Of a stretch of DNA of 64,000 nucleotides, positions 38,559 through 50,962 are shown piece after piece. Under the pieces are notes generated by a model that ran no database searches, was not told the DNA's origin, and worked only from the letters and a program-made list of their open reading frames with translations. Numbering within the stretch: the stretch's first letter is position 1; the number at the start of each line of letters is the position of its first letter. Source of the DNA: Chiloscyllium plagiosum (lineage: Eukaryota). The stretch lies in contig NC_057719.1 in assembly GCF_004010195.1 (NCBI RefSeq), positions 58,979,106-59,043,105 on the forward strand, read 5' to 3'. A program made the position numbers and the translations under genes.

Positions 38559-40943
38559 ATTGACTGGGAATACTTTAGATGGGTCAGTTTTTGTCCAATA
38601 TGTGCAGGAGGGTTTCCTGACACAGTATGTAGACAGGGCAACAAGGGGTGAGGCCACATTCGATTTGGTACTGGGTAATGAACCCAGCTAGGTGTTAGAT
38701 TTGGAGGTAGGTGAGCACTTTGGTGATAGTGACCACAGTTCGGTAATGTTTACTTTAGCAATAGAAAAGGATATGTATATACCGCAGGACAAGAGTTATA
38801 GCTGGGGGAAAGGCAATTATGATGTGATTAGTCAAGATTTAGGATGCACAGGATGGGGAAGGAAACTGCAGGAGATGGGCACAATTGAAATGTGGAGCTT
38901 ATTCAAGGAACAGCGTGTCCTTGATAAGTATGTACCTGTCTGGCAGGGAGGAAGTGGTTGAGCGAGGGAGCAGTGGTTTACTAAAGAAGTTGAACCTCTT
39001 GTCAAGAGAAAAAGGAAGACTTATGTAAGGATGAAATGTGAAGGCTCAGTTAGGATGCTTGAGAGTTACAAGTTAGCCAGGGAAGACCTAAAGACAGCGC
39101 GAAGAAGAGCCAGGAGGGGACAAGTTTTTGGCGGACACATTCAAGGAAAACCCTCAGGCTTTCTATAGGTATATCAGGAATAAAAGAATGACTAGAGTAA
39201 GATTAGGGCCAATGAAGGACAGTAGCGGGAAGTTGGACGTAGAGTCAGAGGAGATGGGGAAGTGCTAAATGAATATTTTTTCATCAGTATTCAAACTGGA
39301 AAAAATAATATTGTTGAGGAGAATACTGAGATATAGGTTACTAGACTAGATGGGATTCAGGTTCACAAGGAGGAGGTGTTAACAATTCTGGAAAATGTGA
39401 AAATAGATAATTCCCCGGGACAGATGGGATTTATTCTAGGATTCAGTGGGAGGTCAAGGTGGAGATTGCAGAGCCTTTGGCTTTGATCTTTATGTCATCA
39501 TTGTCTGCAGGAATAGTGCCAGAAGACTGGAGGATAGCCAATGTTGTTCCCTTGTTCAAGAAGGGGAGTAGTGACAACCCTGGTAATTATAGATCAGCGA
39601 GCCTTACTTCCGTTGTGGGTAAAGTGTTGGAAAGGGTTATAAAGATAGGATTTATAATCATCTAGAAAATAATAAGTTTATTAAGGTTAGTCAACACGGT
39701 TTTGTGAAGGGTAGATCATGCCTCACAAACCTTACTGAGTTCTTTGAGAAGGTTACCAAACAGGTGGATGAGGACAAAGCAGTCGATGTGGGTTTATGGA
39801 TTTCAATAAGGTGTTTGATAAGGTTATGCATGGTAGGCTGTTGCATAAAAATGGAGGCATGGGATTGAGGGTGATCAGAAATTGGCTAGCTGATAGAAGA
39901 CAGACGGTTGTGGTTGATGAGAAATGTTCATCCTGGAGTTCAGTTACGAGTGGTACACCACAAGGATCTGTTTTGGTGCTACTTCTGTTTGTCATTTTTA
40001 TAAATAACCTGAATGAGGGCATAGAAGGCATAGAATTTCTGGATGACATTAAGGTCAGTGGAGTTGTGGATAGTGCCAAAAGATGTTTTAAGATACAGAG
40101 GGATATAGATAAGCTGCAGAGCTGGGCTGAGAGGTGGCAAATGGAGTTTATTGCAGAAAAGTATGAGGTGATTCAGTTTGGAAGGAGTAACAAGAATACA
40201 GAGTACTGGGCTAATGGTAAGACTTTTGGTAGTGTAGTTGAGTAGAGAGATCTTGGTGTCCATTTACATAGATTCCTGAAAGTTGTCACCCAGGTTGATA
40301 GGGTCATTAAGAGGGCATACGGTGTGTTAGCTTTTATTAGTAGAGGGATTGAGCTTCGGAGCCATGATGTCATGCTGCAGCTGTACAAATCTCTGGTGCA
40401 GCTGCACTTGGAGTATTGCGTACAGTTCTGGTCACCGCATTATAGGAATGATGAGGAAGCTTTGGAAAGAGTTCAGAGAAGGTTTAGTAGGATGTTGCCT
40501 TGTATGGAGAGAAGATCTTACGAGGAAAGGCTGAGGGACTTGAGGCTGTTTTTGTGAGAAAGAAGAAGGGTGAGTGGTGACTTAATTGAGACAAATATGA
40601 TAATCAGAGGGTTAGTTAGGGCAGACAGTGAAAGCCTTTCTCCTCGGATGGTAATGGCTAGCATGAGGGGACATAGCTTTAAATTGAGGGGTGATAGATA
40701 TAGGATAAATTGAGGGGTGATAGATATAGGACAGATGTCAAAGGTAGTTTCTTTACTCAGAGAGTAGTAGTGGCATGGAATGGCCTGCCTGCAACAGTAG
40801 ACTCGCCAACTTTAAAGGCTTTTAAATGGTCATTGTTAGACATATGGATGAAAATGGAATAATGTAGGTTAGATTGGCTTCAGATTGGTTTCACAGGCCG
40901 AAGGGCCTATACTAAGCTGTAATGTTCTATGTTCCATGTTCTA
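38559..40943 (+). mobile_element. CR1-clade LINE, ~2.4 kb, endonuclease C-terminus through RT to 3' tail, multiple frameshifts
   Basis: VGEHFGDSDH, VPEDWRIANVVPLFKKG..DNPGNYR, PQGSVL, WAERWQMEF, LEYCVQFWSP; tail gtaatgttctatgttccatgttcta. Confidence 0.94.
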
Positions 40944-41637
40944 TTGTGCGAAATTACATCATTTCCCATGATCTTATTTGCATATAACCTTGTGACTCGT
41001 TATACCATGTGCCCTGTATCAATTTGCATTGAAAAACCACACATTTTCCTTCTATTTCCACAATATGTTACAAGCATATTCCCAGCATCATGGAGAGGTG
41101 AAAACAGACTCCCATTGTTCAGCAGAAATCAATAGATTTATGGAAACTAATGACAAGACTGAATGTAATGTGGGAAATTAGAGATGAGATAGATGATGAC
41201 AGATTAGGCTCAAGGGGCTGAATGGCTTATTCCTGTTGCTATGAAATGCTACTAAACTGTGACAATATTTTCAGAGTACAAAACATCTAAAGAGACCTGA
41301 ACAAAACACAACATACATTTGAATGCAGTGCTTCCCATTTTTCCTATATGATCTCATTTTGAGGTTTATTCATTGTTGTGACCCCGAAGTGAGAACTGAG
41401 AGAGTGAGACTACAACTACACAATTGTTATAAGTTCATCAGTGCTGCATGATGGTCTGAGAGGTCATGGTCCCACTTAGCATCCAGACCTCCAGATTGGG
41501 AATCCCTGGTTTAATGCCGAAGACATGATCTTTCTGCTTTAAATATATGCCCTATGATTCAGCTAAAACAAATAAGGAAGTTGAATTAAAATTTGTGTTC
41601 GTTCTGCTGTTGACTTGCTTGTCTCATATTTTTACAG

Positions 41638-41765
41638 CACTGCAGCTAATGCCGGATGATGCTTTATATTACAAACTCCGTGCAGACGTCCGGGGCCATT
41701 TGGGTTTGATTAAAGAAGCTATCATTGATTACAAAACAGCATTAGACATCCAAGAAACTGAATAA
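41638..41765 (+). CDS. TTC6: TTC6 terminal coding exon: (A)LQLMPDDALYYKLRADVRGHLGLIKEAIIDYKTALDIQETE*
   Basis: Acceptor catatttttacag; phase matches exon 29396; TAA at 41763-65. Resembles the recalled TTC6 C-terminus (RA.VRG..GLI.EA..DY..ALD). Confidence 0.92.
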
Positions 41766-42273
41766 AACAGATGATTACGTTTACCAAGAACAATAAGCAA
41801 TTATCTCATAATATTAGGATTAGGATGGAATGTCTCCGGTAAAAATAGAAATGAATAGGAATTTAGAAAGTCCGTTCTTGCAGAATAGTAAGTATCTTAT
41901 TACTGATAACATTTCATTATAAATGAATTTAAGTATCATTCAACACAACATACTCTCTAATGCTATTACAACAGTGTTAATTATTATCTTGGTAACAATG
42001 TATATCACTGGAATATTTGCTCAAAATTATTTAGTTCAAAATTGTTTAGATATTATTATATTATTTTCTGTTATTTTATGGAGACTTTATTATATTTTCT
42101 GTTACTCAGAAACATATTGGAAGTATCTTGTTAAAATGTCTACTTTTCAGATTGAAATTCTTTTTGCTGATGTAACCGTAAAAGATAAGACTACTTAAAA
42201 AAGAGATAACTGCTGTTTCAGTATTAATGGGAAAATGGAATGCAGATCACTTCGTGTACTACTTTTGTTAAAG

Positions 42274-42279
42274 AATAAA
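42274..42279 (+). promoter_or_regulatory. Candidate TTC6 polyadenylation signal (alternative AATAAA at 41761-41766)
   Basis: AATAAA ~510 nt after the stop, followed by a T/GT-rich tract (ttgtttttgttg). Motif only. Confidence 0.35.
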
Positions 42280-42702
42280 GATACAAATTTGATTTTAAAA
42301 ATCAATTGTTTTGTTGCCAACTCTGTTTCATCAATATGCATTATGTATAATATTAACCCTTATTCTGATCCTGCCACATCCCATTTAGTTATTTCGTGTG
42401 AAGTCAATGTAAGTTCCATTGCAGAACCAACTATTGCTAACCTTCATTTAATTCATTTTCAGTTCAGTTCTGATGTTTGCTTTCATGCCTGGTGGACAAA
42501 TTGTTGTATTGCCTAGGGGTGGGAGGAGGAGGAGGAAGGTGGTATCATACTGTTAGAGTAAAGATTTGGTCATTTTGAACTGAGACGAAGAGAAATATCT
42601 TCACTAAATGTGTTGTGAGTCTTTGGACTTATTCACTAGGACAACTATGAATATTCAGTTGCTGAGTAGATGCAAGATCTAGATTAATATACTTTTAGAT
42701 GT

Positions 42703-42794
42703 CAAAAAGTGTGGTGCTGGAAAAGCACAGCTGGTCAGGCAGCATCTGAGGAGCAAGAGAGTCAACGTTTCGAGCATAAGCTCTTCATCAGAAT
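42703..42794 (-). mobile_element. ~92-bp solo PLE terminal repeat with intact hammerhead core, 10-bp TSD
   Basis: Minus: TT-CTGATGA-A-GAGC-TTAT-GCTC-GAAA-CGTT-GAC. TSD ttttagatgt at 42693-702 and 42795-804. Related truncated copy at 46286-46374. Confidence 0.8.
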
Positions 42795-45700
42795 TTTTAG
42801 ATGTGAGAATCATCGAATGTGGTGATGTTACAGGAAGATACAGTTGAGATAGAAGGTTGGACATGGTCTTAATGAATGGTATGGTTGGCTGAAAGCCTAT
42901 TCCTACTCATATTTCATGTGAGCTTATGTTTATTTTAACCATAGGATGATAAGTTGACCTCACTTGACCTCCAGTAGGATACCAAAGAAATAATCAAAAG
43001 CTTATCTTAAGTGTTCTAGCATAAACATCACTTACAAGATGAGAGCCCCAAATGCAGAAAGACCCTTATGAAATCCATTGTTATCTTGATGAGAGTTCCC
43101 ACTCCCCACAAACATCTCCAGTACAGCAAAGTACCAACTTTTAGTAAATTGAAAGTAATGAAATTCTTCTGTTTTTCTCATGCAAACATGACATTTAGAC
43201 TGGAGATGGAGGAATTTAGACAGAAACTATCAGGTCAAAATGCCTGTGCTGCCTGTCAGATGTAGGATTGGAATGCATTTTCTTTTATAGCTTTAGTCTC
43301 CTGCAACTTCATAGTTAGACTTCCCAATCAATTTATTTTCTGAAATGAATTGAAAGGTCAATATCTAATTTATTAAATGCTTGAACAGAACAAGCCTTGT
43401 GGAAAATATTAAAGTAAGAAAATTAAAATATAACACAGCAAGAAAATAATCTCTGAGAATCAGAAATTGAACATGTTCTCTATAAAACAATTTGTCTAGA
43501 TATACAACATGTTAAGTTTTAAAGTAAAGAACAAAAACTCCAGCAATTTAAGTTTGTCAGTAGACAATCTTATTTGAATAATTGTATTGAATTAGTGAAG
43601 AATTCATTGAGACATTCAAATGTAAAAATATACTCATTTCATATATTGTAATTGTATGTGTCCACCATCATTGCATAAGGAAATTTTATCCGGTATGTCT
43701 GAAATAAACAAAAAAAAGATAACCAGTAAAAAGGACAGAAATGTAATTTAGTGAGGGTACATCAGGTCTTTATGCCATTGATACTTGGCAAATATGGGAT
43801 ACTAACCTACATTTCATCTGGGCTAAGTTACACACATTGGATGAATGGGAGCACACTGGTACACTACAGTAAGGAAAATCTGTTGGAGAGTCCTCAAACC
43901 AGTCTTTGATTTCTCAATTAAGCATGTCTGATGCTCGAGCGGGATTATTTGTACTATGCCCAGTAGAATAGGCAAAATAGTTGTGACCTGATTTATGTAA
44001 CATTATGAAGATGGTGAGGGGCTGGGTTTTCGCAATTAATTAGCAGCTCAACAGTTGTTGATTGAGGAGAGATTTAAATACTAACACCATTTAATGGCAT
44101 TTTCATTGGATACCAGAACAGGTCTGCAATAATGAGTCCCCATCCTGTATTTCTGGACAAAACTTACAGCAGGATGTTGTACCAATTTGCTGCTCTTGAT
44201 TGATGGGTTTCTGCTTGGAATATATCAAAGGCGTATGTCCCAAGCAATTCTTTTTTTAGAAAAGAAGTAAATGATTTATCTTTTTCAACTGCAATGCAAG
44301 TATGGTCTGAGATTAGCAATAAGCTGTTCAGCATCTTTTGGAATTCATTGTGAAGATGAGAAATACCTTTTTGAAACAAATATTCATTTAAAAAAGGTTC
44401 AATATTGAGGCACTGATTATGTATTAATTGAATTTTCTATCATATGACTCATAAACAAGTGCTGTGAACTATGAGTTAATACTTAATATGATATAATACT
44501 TAAACACTAAGGATTTGCATATCAATACAATTTTATGTTTGCAGTCTGCCATTTCTTTACTGCTATCATATCTTATGGAACATTATGGATGGAGCAGAAA
44601 GTTACTGTATTAACTGGGGAAGAGTATTTGCTGTATTGTTCCTAATATTATTAAAGAATTAATAAGAAAACATGTCAAAATTATCAGATTTTATGAATTA
44701 TGACATTTATTGTAGTAAAAGTAACTGAATTGTAATGTTAAATGATAATAGAATTATGGAATGCTCAAGTATGAAATTTTATAGGTGGATCACGTGACTT
44801 TCATGATGGAAGGTAATAAACCAGATACACCTTGAGCTTTCTGGCTGAGCCAATTCTATGTTCCAGTACTCAGGTTAGAACAGAACAGTGTGCTTGTCTG
44901 CTTTTTATCCTGCCCTCATTCTAAATGCTAAGCCATGGACTTCCGTTGGATTGGTCGACATTTATGGATAAAATATACCATTGCCTTTTGCAGTATGGCT
45001 GACCAGGAACCTCTCCCACTTTTACCACTTGCAATCAGGCAAATTGGAAGGATTTACAGCCTGACAGTCAACCTGTTTGGCCACATTAAAAATGCATCTT
45101 TCACAACCTACAAGTATTGACGAGGGAATCAAACCCAGAACTTCCAGCTGAGACAAGGGGCATGCTACCACTGTGACCGAAGACCTCCTGCACAGAAGAG
45201 TAAGAACGACGTATTAGTGTTGTTTTGAAAGATTGATTACGACAGAATGAAAGAATGCACAATTTTTACGAAGCTCAATTTTCCTTACCATGCAACTAAA
45301 CATAATGAAGCTTTTATAAAATTGACATAGGTTCATACTAACGTAATGGAAATTTTCACTCTGATTAGATGATCCAAAGAAGTCGTGAAATGCAATTACT
45401 GATCAATAGAAGTTAATGCTGCCAGACACAGTGGGTCAGGTTTTTATTTATTTTTGTTGACCCAGAAGGTAAATGATTTTAAATTACATGTTATTACCAA
45501 TATGAAATTGATATGACAATTTGATTTTCTTGGTAATAACCTAAAGTCTAGTCAATTTGACTCACATCGAATATTGATCCATATTAAGGCTCAGGCTCCC
45601 TCCCAATACATATAAAATGTGAAGGCATAAGCATTTCTTCTAGTCTAAAATTAACTTTATCATGTGTATTGTAAATGGGTTAATATGTCACAGTCTTATC

Positions 45701-46911
45701 AATCATCCTTTGCGTGGCTATGCTGTACTGGGTATCATAGGTTTACAGTTATACTCTGTGTGATCCACATCATAATACAGAAAACACTAATTTGTCAGGT
45801 AACTGTATACAGCCTAAAACCATTCCTGCTCTCTCTATATATGTACAAGTAAAATGATTGAAAAATAAGTAAACAACTGTATATTTTCTTGCAAGTGCAG
45901 AATTTTCCAAAATGATTATCTTTTAAAGCAAGCCTTCTAATGTAAGGTGAAACTAAAATGCCTGTGAGATGAACAGTTGGTAATAATACTAATTCTGCTT
46001 GAAGACAGATGTTCAAAGAAACAATCCTGATGGAAACGTAACAAGCAAAGAATTATCAGAGTGGGCCTTGCTGCAGGATGTCAGTATTCTCCAGTTTTGA
46101 GGATATTTAGAAGGTTGAATGGAATGGCTTCAAATAAGACTGGATGGCAGGCGGAAGAGAGTCTGCTTAAAATCTGGGAGGGACTTGGACCTGAATCTTT
46201 GAGGCTGCTCATCTCCAGGGAGTAAGGTTTAAAGTATGTACTTAGTCATTGGGGAAGTCTTTCATTTGATGTATTAGTTGCCTCAGTCAAAAAGTGTGGT
46301 GCTGGAAAAGCACAGCAGGTCAGGCAGTACCCAAGGAGCAGGCAAGTCGATGTTTCGAGCAGAAGGTCTTCATCTCCCAGTATTAGTGGCCTGCTTCATC
46401 ATTTCCACATTCAACTCGAAACAATTCTGTCTTTGCCCAAAGATTCCACTAGAACTCTTGAGTATTTCAAATGCTTTATGGACTCATTGTTTGCAGCTAA
46501 TTTTTCAATAATGGAATCATGCCTAAATCTATGATTTACAGTTCACATCTTGCATTACAAACATTAGGAAACCCCAATACATACCATGACTGGGATTATT
46601 TTGTAAATTATATTTGAGCAGGGACCATATAGATCCTAAAGGTAACAAAGCACATTGACCTGATGATTAGAAAAACAAATCAGTTCCCTGGGTTTATACA
46701 TAGTGGAAAATAATATAAAAGAGCAAAGAGATTAGGCTAAGATTTTATAATCACTAGTTTGATTTCAGCTAAAGTATTATGGACAATTCTGTGCAGCAAA
46801 TTTCAGAAAAGATAGAAAGGTCTTAAAACAAGACTAGAGAAGGTTTATCAGATTTTTAAAATTCATTCGTGGGATGGGGGCAGCACTAGCCAGGTCAACA
46901 TAGACAAGCTC

Positions 46912-47181
46912 CTTCACCGTCCTCATGACCTGACCCACCTGTCAATCTTCCTTCCCACCTGTCCTCTCCACCCTCCTCTCTGACCTATCACCTTTACCCT
47001 CACCTCCATCTACCTATTGCACTCTCAGTTACCTTCTCCCAAGCACCGCCCCCTCCCATTTATCTCTCCACCCCTAAGGCTCCCAGCCTCATTCCTGATG
47101 AAGGGCTTTTGCCTGAAATGTCGATTTTACTGCTCCTTGGAAGCTGCCTGACCTGCTGTGCTTTTCCAGCACTACTCTAAT
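46912..47181 (+). mobile_element. 270-bp PLE 3'-end insertion with hammerhead motif, 13-bp TSD
   Basis: CATTC-CTGATGA-A-GGGC-TTTT-GCCT-GAAA-TGTC-GATT at 47090-47126. TSD catagacaagctc at 46899-911 and 47182-194. Confidence 0.82.
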
Positions 47182-48794
47182 CATAGACAAGCTCATAGGA
47201 TAGTTAGGATTGTTGTAGGTTTGGAGTCACATGTAAGCCAAACTACAATTCTTAAATGACTTTAGCAAACCAGGTGGGGTTTTACAACAATGGTTACAAT
47301 TAGGTAAGCTTTTTAATTTCAGTTCTTTTTAAAAAAAAAATCAAATCCATCATCTGCTATGGTGGTATTTGTAACCATGGCCCCAAGACATTAGACCGTA
47401 GTTGTGACTTGGTAAAAACGATGACTGCAGAATGCTGGAAACCAGATTCTGGATTAGTGGTGCTGGAAGAGCACAGCAGTTCAGAAGTCATGGGGACAGT
47501 GCTGAGCTGGAAGTTTGGAACTGGGGTGAGGTGGGGGAAGAGGAAATGAGGAAACTGTTGAAGTCCACATTGATGCCCTGGGGTTGAAACTTATGACTTA
47601 TCATACCAGTGACATTACCATTATCACTTCCACTATGTCACCATACATTATGAGAGACTTCAGTTTTGAGAAGAGGTGTTCCCCTGATTGAGCTGTTCCC
47701 CTTGAAGCAGAGAAGGTTAAAAATGGCTGGATAGAGGTTGTCAAGATACTGCAAAGGCTTGATAGAGTGAATAAAATCCAATCTTTCTGATGAATGGATC
47801 TTTGGCTTTCAGAAAGGTATCAGGGTCTGAAAAAATAGTGGAATCTGATACCATAACTTATTTTAAAAAGGGAAGTAAAAGCAAAATTCAGCATTTGCTG
47901 AAGATCTGAAATAAAAATAAAGACAGAAAGTGTTGGAGAAACACCACAGGTCTGGCAACAACCATGGAGAGGAAAATAGAGTTCATGTTCCTAGTCTAAT
48001 AATCCAAAGTCTTTCTGGGATCTGGAGAAGTCAGTTTGGTCTCAAAATCTCAACTCTGTTTTTTTCTCTCCACAGATGCTGGCAAACTTACTGAGTTTCA
48101 CCATCACTTTCTGTTTCTGTGTCAAAAGGGAACAGAACAAATCCTTAAAAATCTGGAAGTTATAGAGTTACGGACAAAATGTCAGAATGTAGGTTTAGGC
48201 AAGGCTAGTGTTTTAGCTAACCAACATGGACATGATGGATGAGTGGGCTCCTTCTGTACTGAACATTTCTATGATTTAACCGTGTTGTACTTGAAGGAGT
48301 TCTTTCAGTAAGCTGTCAAGCAAAACAGACTAATGACCTCTCAGCTCAGTCAAACTGATTGGCTTTCCAACTGGTACTGGTGAACACAGTAAGACATTTT
48401 ACATTAATTGGCAGTGTCATTAGATTTAATCTTTCAGAAAATCACACTTTATGGTGAAGCTATATCCACACTTTACACTTTTGCATGAAATTATTTACAG
48501 ATTTACACATGACAAACATGCACCTCCTTATCCAATGGCAGCAGTTGGACCATAAGTGACTCCCCAATTGCTACTATCACTTGCATGCAAGTAATACACA
48601 ATTAACATTAGATGCCTTGTATGTTACTTGGTGAATAAACATTTTGCATTTGGTGTTACAGTAGGTGGTGTGCTATACAGGTTCAGAAGTTTAGCATAAG
48701 AAGGAACTTTAATTTGTATTTAATTTAATTAACATAGAAGAATTTTTGACATGGGGCTATTCAGTCCATTATTGCTATGTTAATTTGAAAGGAG

Positions 48795-48942
48795 GTTTGC
48801 ACAGTGACTCAGTGGTTAGCACTGCTGCCTCACAGACCCAGGTTCAATTCCAGCCTCGGGTGTCTGGCTGTGTGGAGTTTGCACATTCTCCCTGTGTCTG
48901 CATCTCCAGGTGCTCCGGTTTCCTCCCACCGTCCAAAGATGT
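48795..48942 (+). mobile_element. 5' half of HE1-like SINE
   Basis: gactcagtggttagcactgctgcctcacagacccaggttcaattcc...ggtttcctcccaccgtccaaagatgtg, then an abrupt switch to CR1 sequence. Confidence 0.85.
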
Positions 48943-49486
48943 GGTCAAGATAGGTCGACGACGGTCGAGCAGTGGATGTGGTGTATATGGACTTCAGCAA
49001 GGCATTTGATAGGGTTCCCCACAGAAGGCTCATTCATAAAGTCGGGAGATTTGGGATACAGGGAGATCTTGCTATCTGGATTCAGAATTGGCTGGCTGAC
49101 AGAAGGCAGAGAGAGGTTGTAGATGGGAAGTATTCTGCCTGGAGGATAGTGTTGAGTGGGGTCCCGCAGGGCTCTGTTCTTGGGCCTCTGCACTTTGTAG
49201 TTTTTATAAATGACTTGGATGAGGAGGTTGAGGGGTGAGTTAGTAAATTTGCAAATAACACAAAGGTTGGAGGTGTCATTGATAGTATAGAGGGCTACAG
49301 TAGGCTGCAGGGCGACATAGACAGGATGCAGAGCTGGGCTGAGAAATGGCAAATGGAGTTCAACCTGGATAAATGCAAAGTGATGCATTTTGAAAGGTCG
49401 AACTCGAATGCTGAATATAGGGTTAAAGACAGGATTCTTGGCAGTGTGGAGGAACAGAGAAATCTGTGTGTGCAAGTGCATAGATT
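48943..49486 (+). mobile_element. CR1-clade RT internal fragment
   Basis: [16 protein letters not shown]...[17 protein letters not shown]...WAEKWQMEFNLDKCKVMHF. Confidence 0.92.
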
Positions 49487-50787
49487 GTGTCTCCCTCAAA
49501 TAAATCGCTCATGCAAGACACACCCCTAGCTACCCAATGTTTGAATCCTGAATCTATCATCCTTGGTTGAAAACCCAGCATACCGTCTATAGATGTAAGA
49601 GAAGATGTTTTGCCAATATTGCGTTCCCTCTGCCGAATTACCCTCCATGCTCTAACAGTATTGATAACTATTGGGTTATGGCAATATTCTCTAACTGTCC
49701 TCATTTTGTCCAAAAACAGCAAACTAGTAAGGGCGCACCATTCCTGAGAGGTTTAGATATCTAACCATATTGAAGGAGGGTCCCACAATCCCAATCATTC
49801 ACCTAAGATAAAAGTGAGCTTAGTTGATAGTTTTTAATGTCTGGGAGATCCATTCCCAATCTATGAGGCAATTGTAGTTTAGCTAATTTAATAAGGGGTC
49901 GCTTACAATGCCAAATAAAAGAGCTGAAGCAGCCATTCAGTCGCTTGAACATTTGCTTATCGAAAATCAGGGGGCGCATCCGTATAGGGTACAACAAATG
50001 GAGGAGTATATTCATCTTAATAAGTGCTATCCAATCTAACTATGAGACCGGAAACGCCTCCCATCTTTGAAGGTCTTGTTTCATTTTGTTGAATAATTGA
50101 CCAAAATTAACTTTGAACAACCAATCAAGAACTGGTGTGATGAAAAAGCCCGAACACACAAAACCCCCCTGCGGCCACTTAAATGGGAATCGATATTTGC
50201 CCTCATGACCTAGCACCTTCGTAAGACCACCATCAGCATAGCCTCTGATTTTGTACCCTGAAAAGGCGTCAAACACACTGATGCATTGTATCAGGCAAGG
50301 CACCAAAACTGCTGAATCTGACAAGAAAATGAGGACATCGTCCACGTACAATGAAATCTTATGCCTACAAAACTATCAAAGAGTATTTTGACCCCACTTC
50401 TGGAGCTGATATATTAGGATCCCTCTGAATGGCCTCCAGCAATGGTTCAATCACCAATGGAAAAAGCAATGGTGAAAGGGGACAGTCCTGTCGGCAGCCT
50501 CTAAAAATGTTAAACTGGCTTGATCATACCCCATTGGTGATGACCGCATTGAAAGGGTCACTGTAGAAATCCTTTACCCATCTTATAAAGACTTCATCCA
50601 AACCAAACCGCTCCAGAGTACAATCAAGGTACAGCCACTCAACTCTGTCAAATGCCTTCTCTGCATCTAGAGAAATCACCAATCCCTGCATTGACTGTTG
50701 TTGACATGCTTGAATTACATTAAGCAGCCTTCTAAGATTACTGGAGGATCTGCGATCCTTTATGAAGCTTGTCTGATCCTTTTTTTT

Positions 50788-50962
50788 AGATTAGATTAGA
50801 TTACTTACAGTGTGGAAACAGGCCCTTCGGCCCAACAAGTCCACACCGACCCGCCAAAGCGTAACCCACCCATACCCCTACATTTACCTCTTAACCCAAG
50901 ACTACGGGCAATTTAGCATGGCCAATTCACCTGACTTGCACATCTTTGGAGTGTGGGAGGAA
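50788..50962 (-). mobile_element. 5'-truncated HE1-like SINE inserted in L1 ORF2
   Basis: agattagattagattacttacagtgtggaaacaggcccttcggcccaacaagtcc...gtgggaggaa, flanked by a 124-bp duplication. Confidence 0.9.

Noticed and set aside
40680..40732. 26-bp tandem duplication in CR1 (and a ~27-bp one at ~11119-11172)
   Set aside because: Ordinary slippage-type micro-duplications.
7286..41765. ORF-track starts and ends for the TPR ORFs (7286, 13066, 29099, 41547) as separate genes
   Set aside because: They are spliced exons of one gene; the ORF extensions run into intron sequence.
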